This document shows, one piece after another, positions 53,979 to 63,806 of a DNA stretch of 64,000 nt. Positions within the stretch are counted from its first letter, which is position 1. Each line of letters opens with the position of its first letter. Source of the DNA: an uncultured Clostridia bacterium (lineage in GTDB: Bacteria > Bacillota > Clostridia > TANB77 > CAG-508); assembly GCA_944386655.1 (NCBI GenBank), contig CALXBX010000051.1:3106-67105 (forward strand), written 5' to 3'. A program made the translations under genes and the position numbers. Below the pieces are notes generated by a model that did not search any database, was not told the DNA's origin, and saw only the letters and a list, made by a program, of their open reading frames with translations.

Positions 53979-55742
53979 ATGAAACAGAAATTAATAGCAA
54001 GAATTCTATTATGTATCGCTATTGTTTTCTTCATGTTTACTATTACTTCCTACGCCGCAGAGGACGAGGATGTAACAAATTATTTTCAAGATGAAAACCT
54101 AAAACAGGCTATATTGGAGAAAGTAAGAGATGTAACAGGAAATAGTACAAAAGAAACAATTCTGCAATCTGATATAGAAGCGATTACAGCAGATGACCTG
54201 CCAAGTGGAAAGCAATTGAATTTAGCTGGAAAAAATATTACAAATTTAGCAGGATTAGAATTATTGGCGGATAAAGGAATAGAGTGGATTTACTTAGATT
54301 GGAACCAAATTACAGACATGAGTGTGCTAGGGCAGTTCTCTTCACTTACTAAAATAAGTGCTAGTGGAAATCAAGTAACAGATATTCGTTTTTTACAAAA
54401 TTTAAAAAATCTAGAGAATATTAATTTTAGCAATAATGCCATTACAGATATGACAGCCATTACAAGTTTAACGAACTTAAAGTATCTTTATCTAGATAAC
54501 AACCAAATTACAAATGTTACAGGAATTAGCAATTTAGTAAACTTAAGAGAGTTATCTATAGCAGGCAATCAAATAACAAATTGTGATGAAATTACAAAAT
54601 TAGCAAATTTAGAAAATGCAGATGTTAGTAGAAATCAAATAAAAACAATTGCAGGATTTGCACAAAATACATCTATTACAAAAATAAATTTGAATTATAA
54701 TCAATTAGAAAGTCTTTCTGGATTAGAAAAATGTAGCAATTTAGAGATATTAAGTGCAAGCAACAATTGTGTGACAGACATATCCTCTATAGCGAACTTA
54801 TCAAAATTATATAATGTAAATTTGAATAAAAATGAAATTATAGATATCACACCTTTATATAACAATACTATAGTAAAGTATGTATATCTAGATAATAACC
54901 ATATTATTGACACAGACGCATTGGAAACTCTTGCAAATGTAGAAAAAATAACAATTTATAATCAATCTACTTATACTATTATCACAGAAGAATATGCTAC
55001 AGCAGAAAAAATTCAATTAAATCTTACTTCTTTATTTCAAAATTTAAAAAAGGAAGGTAGCAAGGTTTATGCAGCGGATGCAGAATATGAAATGGATAAT
55101 AATATTACTTATGAAGTAGCAAACGATATGTCTTATCTTATTTTTTCTACAGAAGATGTAAAGAAGGAAGATTTGGTCTTTAGAATAAAGGATACAAGTC
55201 ATACCTATGTTACTTTAACGATTACTTATCAAGAACAAGAAAAACCAGCTCCAGTACCACCTATCACACAAACCAATACGCAATCTAACGAAGTGGTAAA
55301 TACGAATACAGTAGTAGAAGAACCAACACAACCAGGGGACAATGAGCCAGAAGCACCACAAGTGCCTACCAGTACACTATATAGTATACAAAATGGATAT
55401 ATTAAAAATGTAACAGACCAAACAACATTAGAAGCCTTTTTGAAAAATATTACATTAGGAGGGGCAGGCTATGTGGTAAGAGGACAGACCGTTCTAAAAA
55501 ATACAGATATAGTTGCAACTGGCGATGTTTTAAAAACAGATGCAGAAAATTATACTGTTATTGTACAGGCGGATACTTCTGGAGACGGAATCGTAAATAT
55601 TATGGATTTAATGCAGGCTAAAAGGCATGTATTAAAAAATAGATTATTAACAGGTAATAGCTTCTTAGCTGCAGAGTTAACAGGAGATGGAACGGTGAAC
55701 ATTATGGATATTATGAGAATTATTAGGATAATTATGAAATAG
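53979..55742 (+). CDS. Secreted internalin-like LRR protein with a C-terminal type I dockerin module
   Basis: Signal peptide ending SYA|AE. About 11 22-aa LRRs (LxxLxxLxLxxNxIxDIxxL). Dockerin duplicate DTSGDGIVNIMDLMQAKRHVL ... LTGDGTVNIMDIMRIIRII. Confidence 0.75.
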   Translation: MKQKLIARILLCIAIVFFMFTITSYAAEDEDVTNYFQDENLKQAILEKVRDVTGNSTKETILQSDIEAITADDLPSGKQLNLAGKNITNLAGLELLADKGIEWIYLDWNQITDMSVLGQFSSLTKISASGNQVTDIRFLQNLKNLENINFSNNAITDMTAITSLTNLKYLYLDNNQITNVTGISNLVNLRELSIAGNQITNCDEITKLANLENADVSRNQIKTIAGFAQNTSITKINLNYNQLESLSGLEKCSNLEILSASNNCVTDISSIANLSKLYNVNLNKNEIIDITPLYNNTIVKYVYLDNNHIIDTDALETLANVEKITIYNQSTYTIITEEYATAEKIQLNLTSLFQNLKKEGSKVYAADAEYEMDNNITYEVANDMSYLIFSTEDVKKEDLVFRIKDTSHTYVTLTITYQEQEKPAPVPPITQTNTQSNEVVNTNTVVEEPTQPGDNEPEAPQVPTSTLYSIQNGYIKNVTDQTTLEAFLKNITLGGAGYVVRGQTVLKNTDIVATGDVLKTDAENYTVIVQADTSGDGIVNIMDLMQAKRHVLKNRLLTGNSFLAAELTGDGTVNIMDIMRIIRIIMK

Positions 55743-55754
55743 GAGGAAAAGCAA

Positions 55755-56525
55755 ATGAAGAAAAAGCAAATTATAGTGGGAATAGCAATATTTTTATTAA
55801 TTGTTTTATCTGTTGGTTTTGTATGGGCAAGTGTAGAAGATAATTGTGAAGTGACTTTACAAACCAATAGTACAGAAATTACACAATCACAAAGGCAAGT
55901 AACAATAATGATTAATTTAGATGCTTACGATGGAGACGGATATTTAGGGTATGAAGGCACTTTACAATATGATACAAACGTATTTGAAGATGCTACTATT
56001 ACCTCCTTAAGTGATTGGGAAACAGCAAATTATGATAAAGCATCACAGAGAATCATGGCAACTACAACAACTGCTAAAGCAGGTACACAAATTGCACAAA
56101 TTACTTTAGATTTAAAGGAAGGAATTACAAAGACTTCTACTACAGTCAGCATTACAGATTTAATTTTTTCTGATGGAAATTCACAAAAAACATTTTCACA
56201 AACATTCAACTACTCATTCCCTTATAATGCAGTAGAAGAAGAGCCAAATATAGACCCAGAAGAAAACCCAAATGCCAATGTTTTAACAAATCAGGTGATT
56301 AATGTAGTAACTAATCAGGTGGTAAATGAAACTGCCAATACTATTCAAAATACTGCACAGGATATAACTATAGAAGCAGTAGCAGGGGCTAACAGAGATC
56401 AAACTACAGCAACTACAACTATCCCACAAACTGGTAGTGGCTTAGGATGGATAGTTACATTAGGAGTAATTGGTGTTATTGGAGCTGCAGCATATATTCG
56501 TTATCGTTCTATACCATTAAAATAA
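55755..56525 (+). CDS. Cohesin-like domain protein with a C-terminal sortase sorting signal (IPQTG + TM + RYRS)
   Basis: Signal peptide. Beta-rich domain of about 140 aa (VTIMINLDAYDGDGYLGYEGTLQYDTNVFE). Asn/Thr/Gln linker. IPQTGSGLGWIVTLGVIGVIGAAAYIRYRS. Confidence 0.55.
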   Translation: MKKKQIIVGIAIFLLIVLSVGFVWASVEDNCEVTLQTNSTEITQSQRQVTIMINLDAYDGDGYLGYEGTLQYDTNVFEDATITSLSDWETANYDKASQRIMATTTTAKAGTQIAQITLDLKEGITKTSTTVSITDLIFSDGNSQKTFSQTFNYSFPYNAVEEEPNIDPEENPNANVLTNQVINVVTNQVVNETANTIQNTAQDITIEAVAGANRDQTTATTTIPQTGSGLGWIVTLGVIGVIGAAAYIRYRSIPLK

Positions 56526-56560
56526 AAGTCAAAAATCTTATATAAAAACCGACCATTATA

Positions 56561-56599
56561 GGCCTAGAAGTAAAAAGAGGCTTCTAGGTCATTCTTTTT
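56561..56599 (+). terminator. Rho-independent terminator
   Basis: GGCCTAGAAG...CTTCTAGGTC stem followed by ATTCTTTTT. Confidence 0.65.
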
Positions 56600-56610
56600 A
56601 CTTAAAAGGC

Positions 56611-56639
56611 TTGAAAAAGCGTAAAAATTTTTATATAAT
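56611..56639 (+). promoter_or_regulatory. SigA-type promoter of EPS locus 2
   Basis: TTGAAA, 17-nt spacer, TATAAT. Confidence 0.65.
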
Positions 56640-56680
56640 AATACGGTAAATAATTTGGAAAAAAGGGAGTTTTAAAAAGA

Positions 56681-57412
56681 ATGGAAGAGTTAGATTTAAA
56701 AGAATTATTTAACATATTTTGGAGCAGAAAAATACAAATAGGTATTATTATTGCTATTTTTTTAGTAATAGGATTTATTTATACATTTGTTTTTGTAAAA
56801 CCAGATTATGCATCTACTACAACTGTTATTTTAGCACAGTCTTCTAGTGCTACAACAGGAACAGAAACTGGTTCAGATACTATTACAGCAAATGATTTAA
56901 CATTAAACCAAAAATTAGTATCTACCTATAGTGAACTACTTACAAGCCCAAGAATTTTAAGTGAAGTAATTAGTAATTTACGTATAGACAGAACAGAGGC
57001 TTCTTTAAAAAATAGCATTACAGTTAGTGCGGTGGAAGATACAGATTTAATTCAAATTAGAGTAACAGATGCAAGTCCAGAAACAGCTAAAAGAATTGCA
57101 GAAGAAGTGGCAAGGGTATTTATTGAGCAAGTGGCTAATGGAGTATATAAAATTAATAATGTACAAGTATGGGATGAAGCAGAAGTGCCAACAGAACCGT
57201 ATAATATTAACCATGGAAAAGATTTAGTTATTTTCTTATTTATTGGTATTGTAATTGGTGTAGTTTATGCGCTAATAGCCAATATGCTAGATACTACAGT
57301 GAAGTCAAAAGAAGATATAGAGAAAAAATTAGGATTATCTGTACTTACTACTATTCCAATTTGTGATTTTGATTTAAGTATGAAAACTGTAAATAAAGGA
57401 GGTAGGAAATAA
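56681..57412 (+). CDS. Wzz/CpsC-type chain-length determinant (BY-kinase transmembrane modulator)
   Basis: LDLKELFNIFWSRKIQIGIIIAIFLVIGFIY, a second C-terminal TM, and position immediately upstream of the kinase. Confidence 0.85.
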   Translation: MEELDLKELFNIFWSRKIQIGIIIAIFLVIGFIYTFVFVKPDYASTTTVILAQSSSATTGTETGSDTITANDLTLNQKLVSTYSELLTSPRILSEVISNLRIDRTEASLKNSITVSAVEDTDLIQIRVTDASPETAKRIAEEVARVFIEQVANGVYKINNVQVWDEAEVPTEPYNINHGKDLVIFLFIGIVIGVVYALIANMLDTTVKSKEDIEKKLGLSVLTTIPICDFDLSMKTVNKGGRK

Positions 57413-58443
57413 TGAAAAAAGAGATTATAACCTTTAAAGAGCCAAAATCTCCTATTTCGGAAGTTTTTAGAACATTAAGAACCAATATACAATTTATGAA
57501 TACAAAAAGAGGACTAAAATCTTTATTAGTAACTAGTACATCTCCTTCTGAGGGAAAAAGCTGGGTGTCTGCTAATTTAGCAGTTACTTTTGCACAAGCA
57601 GGAAAAAAAGTAATTTTAATAGATTGTGACATGAGAAAGGGAAGACAATTCTCTATTTTTGGAGTAGCTCCAACACCAGGACTTTCTAATTTCTTATCAG
57701 GAGTAAATTCGAATGGAGAAGAGAGCAATAATAATATTTTGTCTTATATTAAAGAAACAGAGGTAAAAAATTTATATTTAATACCTGCTGGAAATATTCC
57801 ACCAAATCCATCAGAATTATTGGTTTCAGGATTGTTACCAGATGCCATAGATACTTTGAGAGAAGTATGTGATTTAATTATTTTTGATGGAACTCCAAGT
57901 GATTTAGTAACAGATGCTGTTATTGTTTCTCGCTATGTAGATACTACTTTAATTGTAACAGCTTATAAAGAAACCAAAATGGACGCCTTAGAAAAAGTGA
58001 AAAAAGATATAGAAAATGTAGGAGGAAAAATTGCAGGAGTGGTTATTAACAAAATGCCTGTAACACAAAAAGAATATTATTCTTCTTACTATTATGGAAG
58101 TAGCAATGTAACAGCACAAAGAACATCAAAAACTAGTAATAAAGTACCAATTAAAAAAGTAAGTGCAAAACAAGAAGAACAATTGAGAATTGAACGTATG
58201 AAGGCGGAGACTAAAAATAAAGCAAAAGAGATTTTAAAACAAAATAGGGAAGAAACAAAACCAAAAACTTCTAGTATTTATGATTTTGAAAAAGATGAAC
58301 AGGCATCTGCAAAGCAGGTTCCTATACAAACGAATTCTAATAATGCTACTTCTTCTGAAGGTCTAAAATCACCAGAAGAATTAATTAAACAGATGAATGA
58401 TTATTTAGAAGAGGAAAGAGAAAAATTAAAAAAAGGAGAATAA
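57412..58443 (+). CDS. CpsD/CapB-type tyrosine autokinase (BY-kinase) with an extra C-terminal tail of about 110 aa
   Basis: Walker A TSPSEGKS, Walker A' ILIDCDMRKG, Walker B LIIFDGTP. The Tyr cluster YYSSYYYGSS is followed by a Lys/Glu/Ser-rich extension. Confidence 0.85.
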   Translation: MKKEIITFKEPKSPISEVFRTLRTNIQFMNTKRGLKSLLVTSTSPSEGKSWVSANLAVTFAQAGKKVILIDCDMRKGRQFSIFGVAPTPGLSNFLSGVNSNGEESNNNILSYIKETEVKNLYLIPAGNIPPNPSELLVSGLLPDAIDTLREVCDLIIFDGTPSDLVTDAVIVSRYVDTTLIVTAYKETKMDALEKVKKDIENVGGKIAGVVINKMPVTQKEYYSSYYYGSSNVTAQRTSKTSNKVPIKKVSAKQEEQLRIERMKAETKNKAKEILKQNREETKPKTSSIYDFEKDEQASAKQVPIQTNSNNATSSEGLKSPEELIKQMNDYLEEEREKLKKGE

Positions 58444-58446
58444 CAT

Positions 58447-59211
58447 ATGATTGATGTACATTCTCATATTGTATTTGGAGTAGATGATGGAGCAAAAGAA
58501 ATAGAACAGTCTGCCAAAATGCTACAAGAAGCAAAAGAGGCAGGATTTCATAAAATTATAGTAACTCCTCATTATATGGAAGAATATTACAAATGTAATA
58601 AAAAAGAAATTGCAGAAAAAATAGAGCAAATTCGAGAAAAAATGCCAATAGATATGCAAATTTTTCAAGGCAATGAAATTTATATTACAAATCGTATTAA
58701 TAGCTTATTAGAAGAAGAAAAAGCCACTACATTGAATAATAGCCAATATGTGCTATTTGAATTACCAATTAATGCAGAACCTTTTAACATTACAGAAGTG
58801 GTATATCAAATATTGGAGCAAGGTAGAGTACCTATTTTGGCACATCCGGAAAGATATCCTTATATTCAGAAAAATCCAAATAAATTAATACCGCTTATAG
58901 AAGATGGGGTTTTAATGCAATGTAATTATGGGAGCATAATAGGTATATATGGAAAAGAACCAAAAGAAACAATAAAGAAGTTGTTAGAACATCACATGGT
59001 ACATTTTTTGGGATCAGACACGCATAGACCAAATAGCATTTATCCACGAATACCACAAGCGGTGGAAGAAATAAATAAAATAGTAGGAGAAGAAGAACAA
59101 AAACTTTTAACTACAGTACATCCAGAGGCAATTATTCAAAATCAAAAAATAGAGGAAATAGAAAATCCTATACCAATAAAAAAGAAAAGTTTTTTTAAAT
59201 TATTTAATTAA
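58447..59211 (+). CDS. CpsB/CapC-type PHP-family tyrosine-protein phosphatase
   Basis: MIDVHSHIVFGVDDGA and GSDTH motifs. Confidence 0.9.
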   Translation: MIDVHSHIVFGVDDGAKEIEQSAKMLQEAKEAGFHKIIVTPHYMEEYYKCNKKEIAEKIEQIREKMPIDMQIFQGNEIYITNRINSLLEEEKATTLNNSQYVLFELPINAEPFNITEVVYQILEQGRVPILAHPERYPYIQKNPNKLIPLIEDGVLMQCNYGSIIGIYGKEPKETIKKLLEHHMVHFLGSDTHRPNSIYPRIPQAVEEINKIVGEEEQKLLTTVHPEAIIQNQKIEEIENPIPIKKKSFFKLFN

Positions 59212-59285
59212 AGTGTCTTGCAATATTTTTTCACTATGATATAATAACCTAAAAGAAAATATAAACAAAAGAGGAGGATGCAAAA

Positions 59286-59630
59286 ATGAATCTACCAATA
59301 ATCAACTTTACACAGCCAATGTCAGTATTAGTAGCTTTAGTATTATTTGTACTAATTGTATGGTTAGGAAAAGAAACGAAAAAGAGTTTTATTCCATGTA
59401 TTATGTTATTAGTTTTCTTAACATTGTTAGTAAGTCATGCAATAGAGTTATATGCAATGGATTCTTCTATGCAAGGAATGATTTCTAATATTGCTATTAC
59501 TATTGCCATTGATTTTGTATTTATTCTATTATCTTTCTTTTCTTATTTATGGATTGATGATATTGAAGCAAAAGCAACAAAGAAAAAGAGCATAGATAAC
59601 AGTTTAGACTGGTTTTGGAAAAAAGTATAA
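59286..59630 (+). CDS. Small hypothetical membrane protein (3 TM segments)
   Basis: GGAGG RBS and three hydrophobic segments. No recognisable family. Confidence 0.45.
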   Translation: MNLPIINFTQPMSVLVALVLFVLIVWLGKETKKSFIPCIMLLVFLTLLVSHAIELYAMDSSMQGMISNIAITIAIDFVFILLSFFSYLWIDDIEAKATKKKSIDNSLDWFWKKV

Positions 59631-59674
59631 AACAAATTAATAGAATTTTGTAAAAAAAGTAGACAAAGAAAAAG

Positions 59675-59720
59675 AGAAATGTTAAAATAAAAAAATAGTA
59701 ATTTTAACATTTCTTTTTTA
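59675..59720 (+). terminator. Rho-independent terminator
   Basis: AGAAATGTTAAAAT...ATTTTAACATTTCT 14-bp stem followed by T6. Confidence 0.8.
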
Positions 59721-59796
59721 CATATAGAAAAGAAATAAAGAGTTTTTACGAAAATATATGGAAAAGTGGAATGAAAAAAGGAGGAATCAAAAGAAA

Positions 59797-60891
59797 ATGG
59801 CAGGAAAACATTCAGAAAACTATGGAGATAGAGAAAATAGATCTACCTATACTACTAAAGCAAAACCAAAGAAAAAAAGAAGAGGTTTAAAAATTTTTGG
59901 AATTGTTGTATTAGTGTTAGTTGTTTTACTAGCAGGAGTAGTAGGAGGCGCTTATTGGTATGTAACAGATAAGTTTGGCAAAATGCAACAAGTGTCTATT
60001 GATGAGGAAGAGCTAGATATTGATGCACAAGTAGCAGAAAATCTATCTGGTTATCGAAATATTGCTTTATTTGGCGTAGATAGTAGAGATGATAATTTAG
60101 GTAGAGGAAATAGAAGCGATTGTATTATTATTGCTAGTATTAATAACAAAACAAAGGAAATAAAATTACTTTCCGTTTATAGAGATACCTATGTGCAAAT
60201 AGAAGGACATGGTTTAGATAAAATTACACATGCGTATTCTTATGGAGAAGCACCTTTAGCACTAAGTACCTTAAATACAAATTTGGACCTAAATATTAAA
60301 GAATTTGTTACCGTCAACTTTGACTTAGTAGCAGAAGCTGTTAATTTATTAGGAGGAGTTAGCATTAATATTGAGCAATCAGAAATCAAATATATTAATG
60401 AATATATAGATGCTACCTCTAATTCTACAGGAATTGCTTCTAAGCATGTTACACAAACAGGTATGCAAACTTTAGATGGTGTGCAAGCAGTAGCTTATTC
60501 TAGAATTCGTTATACGGCAGGAGGAGATTATAAAAGAACAGAGCGTATGAGGGATGTACTAACAGCTATGCTTCAAAAAATTAAGACTAAAAGTATTGGA
60601 GAAATTAATAATTTCTTAGATACTATTTTGCCAAAAGTATATACCAATATTGAAGCAAATGACATTATTGGCTTAATTCCGGATATGATGAATTTTAAAG
60701 TTACAGAAAGTATTGGTTGGCCATATGAGGTAAAAGGAATTACTTTAAGTGCATGGTACGGAGTACCAGTTACATTAGAAGAAAATGTGACAAGATTACA
60801 TGAAGAACTATTTGGAGAAGAAAATTACACACCAACTAGTACAGTACAACAAATTAGTGATAGTATTATTAAAAAGACAGGATATCAATAA
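59797..60891 (+). CDS. LytR-CpsA-Psr (LCP) family glycopolymer phosphotransferase
   Basis: N-terminal TM. The LCP core reads NIALFGVDSRDDNLGRGNRSDCIIIASIN..LLSVYRDTYV. ATG 59797 follows GGAGG (alternative 59758 has no RBS). Confidence 0.85.
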   Translation: MAGKHSENYGDRENRSTYTTKAKPKKKRRGLKIFGIVVLVLVVLLAGVVGGAYWYVTDKFGKMQQVSIDEEELDIDAQVAENLSGYRNIALFGVDSRDDNLGRGNRSDCIIIASINNKTKEIKLLSVYRDTYVQIEGHGLDKITHAYSYGEAPLALSTLNTNLDLNIKEFVTVNFDLVAEAVNLLGGVSINIEQSEIKYINEYIDATSNSTGIASKHVTQTGMQTLDGVQAVAYSRIRYTAGGDYKRTERMRDVLTAMLQKIKTKSIGEINNFLDTILPKVYTNIEANDIIGLIPDMMNFKVTESIGWPYEVKGITLSAWYGVPVTLEENVTRLHEELFGEENYTPTSTVQQISDSIIKKTGYQ

Positions 60892-60936
60892 AAAATATAC
60901 TAGAAAATTTTTCTAATTTTTCTGTATTTATAAAAA

Positions 60937-60966
60937 AGGCAGTCTAGCAAAAAGACTGTCTTTTTG
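60937..60966 (+). terminator. Rho-independent terminator
   Basis: AGGCAGTCT-AGCAAAA-AGACTGTCT stem followed by a T run. Confidence 0.7.
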
Positions 60967-61064
60967 TATGCTTATAGAGAGAAATACCTGTTTTTGACAG
61001 AAGAAAATGATGGAAAATGGACTTAAGAAAATATTACAAGATTACTGAAAATATGACAAAAGAG

Positions 61065-61093
61065 TTGACAACCATGCGACATAATTATATAAT
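61065..61093 (+). promoter_or_regulatory. SigA-type promoter
   Basis: TTGACA, 17-nt spacer, TATAAT. Confidence 0.7.
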
Positions 61094-61119
61094 AAAACAA
61101 ATAAATGGAGGGGAATGCT

Positions 61120-61845
61120 ATGAGTTCCAATATCGCAAATGATAATGTGATTTTAAGAGATAGTTTAGAAGTAATCAATATAAAGACGAATACAGAAAAT
61201 GAAAAGAAAACTAATTTTAAAGAAAGAATATATAATGTAGTAAAAAGAGGAATGGATATTATAGGGAGTTTAGTAGGAATAGTATTATTAGTTCCTATTA
61301 CAATTGTAATTTGGATAGGAAGGCTTATCCTTAAAGAAAATGATGGGCCACTTTTTTATGAACAATTAAGAATAGGAAAAAATGGTAAACAATTTCGATT
61401 ATACAAATATCGTTCTATGGTGATGGATGCAGACAAAAAGTTAGCAGAATATTTAAAAGAAAATGAAGAAGCAAGAAAAGAATATAAAAAATATAAAAAA
61501 TTAAAAGAAGATCCACGTATCACCAGAATAGGAAATGTAATTAGAAAGTTTAGTATTGATGAATTCCCACAGTTTATTAATGTGTTAAAGGGAGACATGA
61601 GTTTAGTTGGTCCAAGACCATATTTGCCAAGAGAAAGAGAAGATATGGGAGAAAATTATGATACGATTGTTACAGTAAAGCCGGGAATTACAGGATATTG
61701 GCAAGTAAATGGAAGAAATGATATTGATTTTGAAGAAAGAACACAAATGGATGTAGCATATGTACATGATAAATGTACATGGTTTGATATTAAATTAATT
61801 ATTAAAACTTTTTTGAAAATCTTTAAAAAAGAAGGGGCTATCTAG
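61120..61845 (+). CDS. Second priming phosphoglycosyl transferase (bacterial sugar transferase family)
   Basis: VKRGMDIIGSLVGIVLLVPI..DGPLFYEQLRIGKNGKQFRLYKYRSM, DEFPQF and GPRP motifs. ATG 61120 follows GGAGGGG. Confidence 0.9.
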   Translation: MSSNIANDNVILRDSLEVINIKTNTENEKKTNFKERIYNVVKRGMDIIGSLVGIVLLVPITIVIWIGRLILKENDGPLFYEQLRIGKNGKQFRLYKYRSMVMDADKKLAEYLKENEEARKEYKKYKKLKEDPRITRIGNVIRKFSIDEFPQFINVLKGDMSLVGPRPYLPREREDMGENYDTIVTVKPGITGYWQVNGRNDIDFEERTQMDVAYVHDKCTWFDIKLIIKTFLKIFKKEGAI

Positions 61846-62642
61846 TGAAAAATATTAAAGTAATTGTAGCAACACATAAAAAATACCAAATGCCAGAAGA
61901 AAACATGTATTTACCTGTTTTTGTAGGAGCGGAAGGAAAAGAAGAAAATATAACTAAAGGGTATCAAAGAGATGATAAGGGAGAAAATATATCTGGAAAA
62001 AATCCTTATTATTGTGAATTAACAGGATTATATTGGGCGTGGAAAAATTTAGATGCAGACTATATAGGGTTAGTACATTATAGAAGATATTTTACTATGG
62101 AAAAACATTTGCCAAAAGATGAAGAAAATCGTTTTGAAGTAGTATTAAAGGAAAAAGAGACAAAAAAACTATTAGAAGAAGCAGATATTTTATTGCCAAA
62201 GAAAAGGCACTACTATATAGAAAATCTGTATGCACATTATATACATACTATGTATGGAGAGACACTAGAGGAAACTAGGAATATTATAGAAAATAAATAT
62301 CCAGAGTATTTGCCAGAATTCGACAAGTTAAAGAAGAGAACATCGGCACATATGTTTAATATGTTTATTATGAAAAGGGAATATTTAGATAAATATTGTA
62401 CTTTTTTATTTTCTGTTTTAGATGATTTGGAGAAAAGAGTAGATATTACTAAATATGATAGTTTTCATGCAAGATTTTTTGGTAGAATTTCAGAATTGTT
62501 ATTAGATATATGGTTAGAAACCAATCATCTGAATTATAAAGAAATAAAAGTGATGGATATGCAACCTATTAATTGGATACATAAAGGAAGCTCTTTTTTA
62601 ATGGCAAAATTTATGGGGAAAAAATATGAAAAAAGTTTTTAA
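61845..62642 (+). CDS. DUF4422-family putative glycosyltransferase
   Basis: KVIVATHKKYQMPEENMYLPVFVGAEGK...YCELTGLYWAWKNLDADYIGLVHYRRYF. Confidence 0.75.
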   Translation: MKNIKVIVATHKKYQMPEENMYLPVFVGAEGKEENITKGYQRDDKGENISGKNPYYCELTGLYWAWKNLDADYIGLVHYRRYFTMEKHLPKDEENRFEVVLKEKETKKLLEEADILLPKKRHYYIENLYAHYIHTMYGETLEETRNIIENKYPEYLPEFDKLKKRTSAHMFNMFIMKREYLDKYCTFLFSVLDDLEKRVDITKYDSFHARFFGRISELLLDIWLETNHLNYKEIKVMDMQPINWIHKGSSFLMAKFMGKKYEKSF

Positions 62643-62658
62643 GGAGAAGAAATAGAAA

Positions 62659-63777
62659 ATGATAATATATTCTATATTAATATTTTTTTGTCTACTTTTT
62701 TATTTTTTAGAAAGAAAAGGCAAATTAAAAAAAACAAACATATTTTTTTGGGCTTTAATAACAGGAATATTTTTAGTGTCAGCATTTAGATACGATGTGG
62801 GACAAGACTACCAACATTGGACAGATGTATATGAGTGGATAAAAGAAGGTTTGCCTGCAGGAAATTATGTAGAAATAGGTTATAGATTTCTAAATGCTTT
62901 TATACAAATTTTACCATTCTCACATGTGTACTTACTATTTATAGTTACTTCTGCCTTTATTATTTTTGGCTTTGGATATTTAATTTATAAGAATGTCGAT
63001 AAGAAATATTGGTTCCTTGCCGTATTTATATTTATAGGTTCAGGTATCTTTTTTGCTAGCTTAAATTTAGTTAGACAGTATGTGGCAGTTGTAATTACCA
63101 CACTTGGAATACCGTTTTTACTAAAGAAAAAATATGCAATTTTTATCTTATTTACACTATTAGCAACATTATTTCATACAAGTGCACTAATCATGATAGC
63201 TTTTATGATATTTTATTTGTTATTTAAAGAACAAAAACATCATAAAGCACTTATAGTGATTTATGCTCTATCCATCTTATTTATGATAGTAGATTTAAGA
63301 CAAATTATAGGCTGGTTTCAATTCATGATACCAGAACGTTGGAGATGGTATTTACAATCGGAATTTTTAACAGATAGAAATTATAGTGCGATTGTAAAGC
63401 AATTGGTACCAAATGCAATACTCATTTTTGTTTTATGGAAAAGAAAAGAAATGATAGAAAAAAATAAAATAAATGATATATTTATTTTAATGCTTTTTGT
63501 TAATGTTGTGATAACAAATTGCTTTTATGGCGTATTGGTTCTATTAAGATTATCCTATTTCTTTGATGTATCACTTATATTTATTGTTCCTGTTATCTTT
63601 GAACTTTTAGAACAATATGATAAAAAAATAGAAAAATTAGGAAAACTAGGAAGCTTAGAAAAGTTAGGAAAATTATCTATCATAGGATATTATATTTTGT
63701 TAACAGTAGTGACTATTTTTATTATGAATGGGCATGGGGTTATGCCATATCAGACGATATTTAGTACGATGTTATAA
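62659..63777 (+). CDS. EpsG-family polymerase-like membrane protein
   Basis: FRYDVGQDYQHWTDVY and EIGYRFLN motifs with about ten TM segments. Confidence 0.75.
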   Translation: MIIYSILIFFCLLFYFLERKGKLKKTNIFFWALITGIFLVSAFRYDVGQDYQHWTDVYEWIKEGLPAGNYVEIGYRFLNAFIQILPFSHVYLLFIVTSAFIIFGFGYLIYKNVDKKYWFLAVFIFIGSGIFFASLNLVRQYVAVVITTLGIPFLLKKKYAIFILFTLLATLFHTSALIMIAFMIFYLLFKEQKHHKALIVIYALSILFMIVDLRQIIGWFQFMIPERWRWYLQSEFLTDRNYSAIVKQLVPNAILIFVLWKRKEMIEKNKINDIFILMLFVNVVITNCFYGVLVLLRLSYFFDVSLIFIVPVIFELLEQYDKKIEKLGKLGSLEKLGKLSIIGYYILLTVVTIFIMNGHGVMPYQTIFSTML

Positions 63778-63806
63778 AAAAAGGATAAAACATGCCTAAG
63801 AGGGGA

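Noticed and set aside
60985-61060. Four GAAAAT(G/A) motifs upstream of the second priming transferase promoter, considered as a regulator binding array.
   Set aside because: The spacing is irregular (11, 14 and 23 nt) and the motif is short and AT-rich, so it is compatible with chance.
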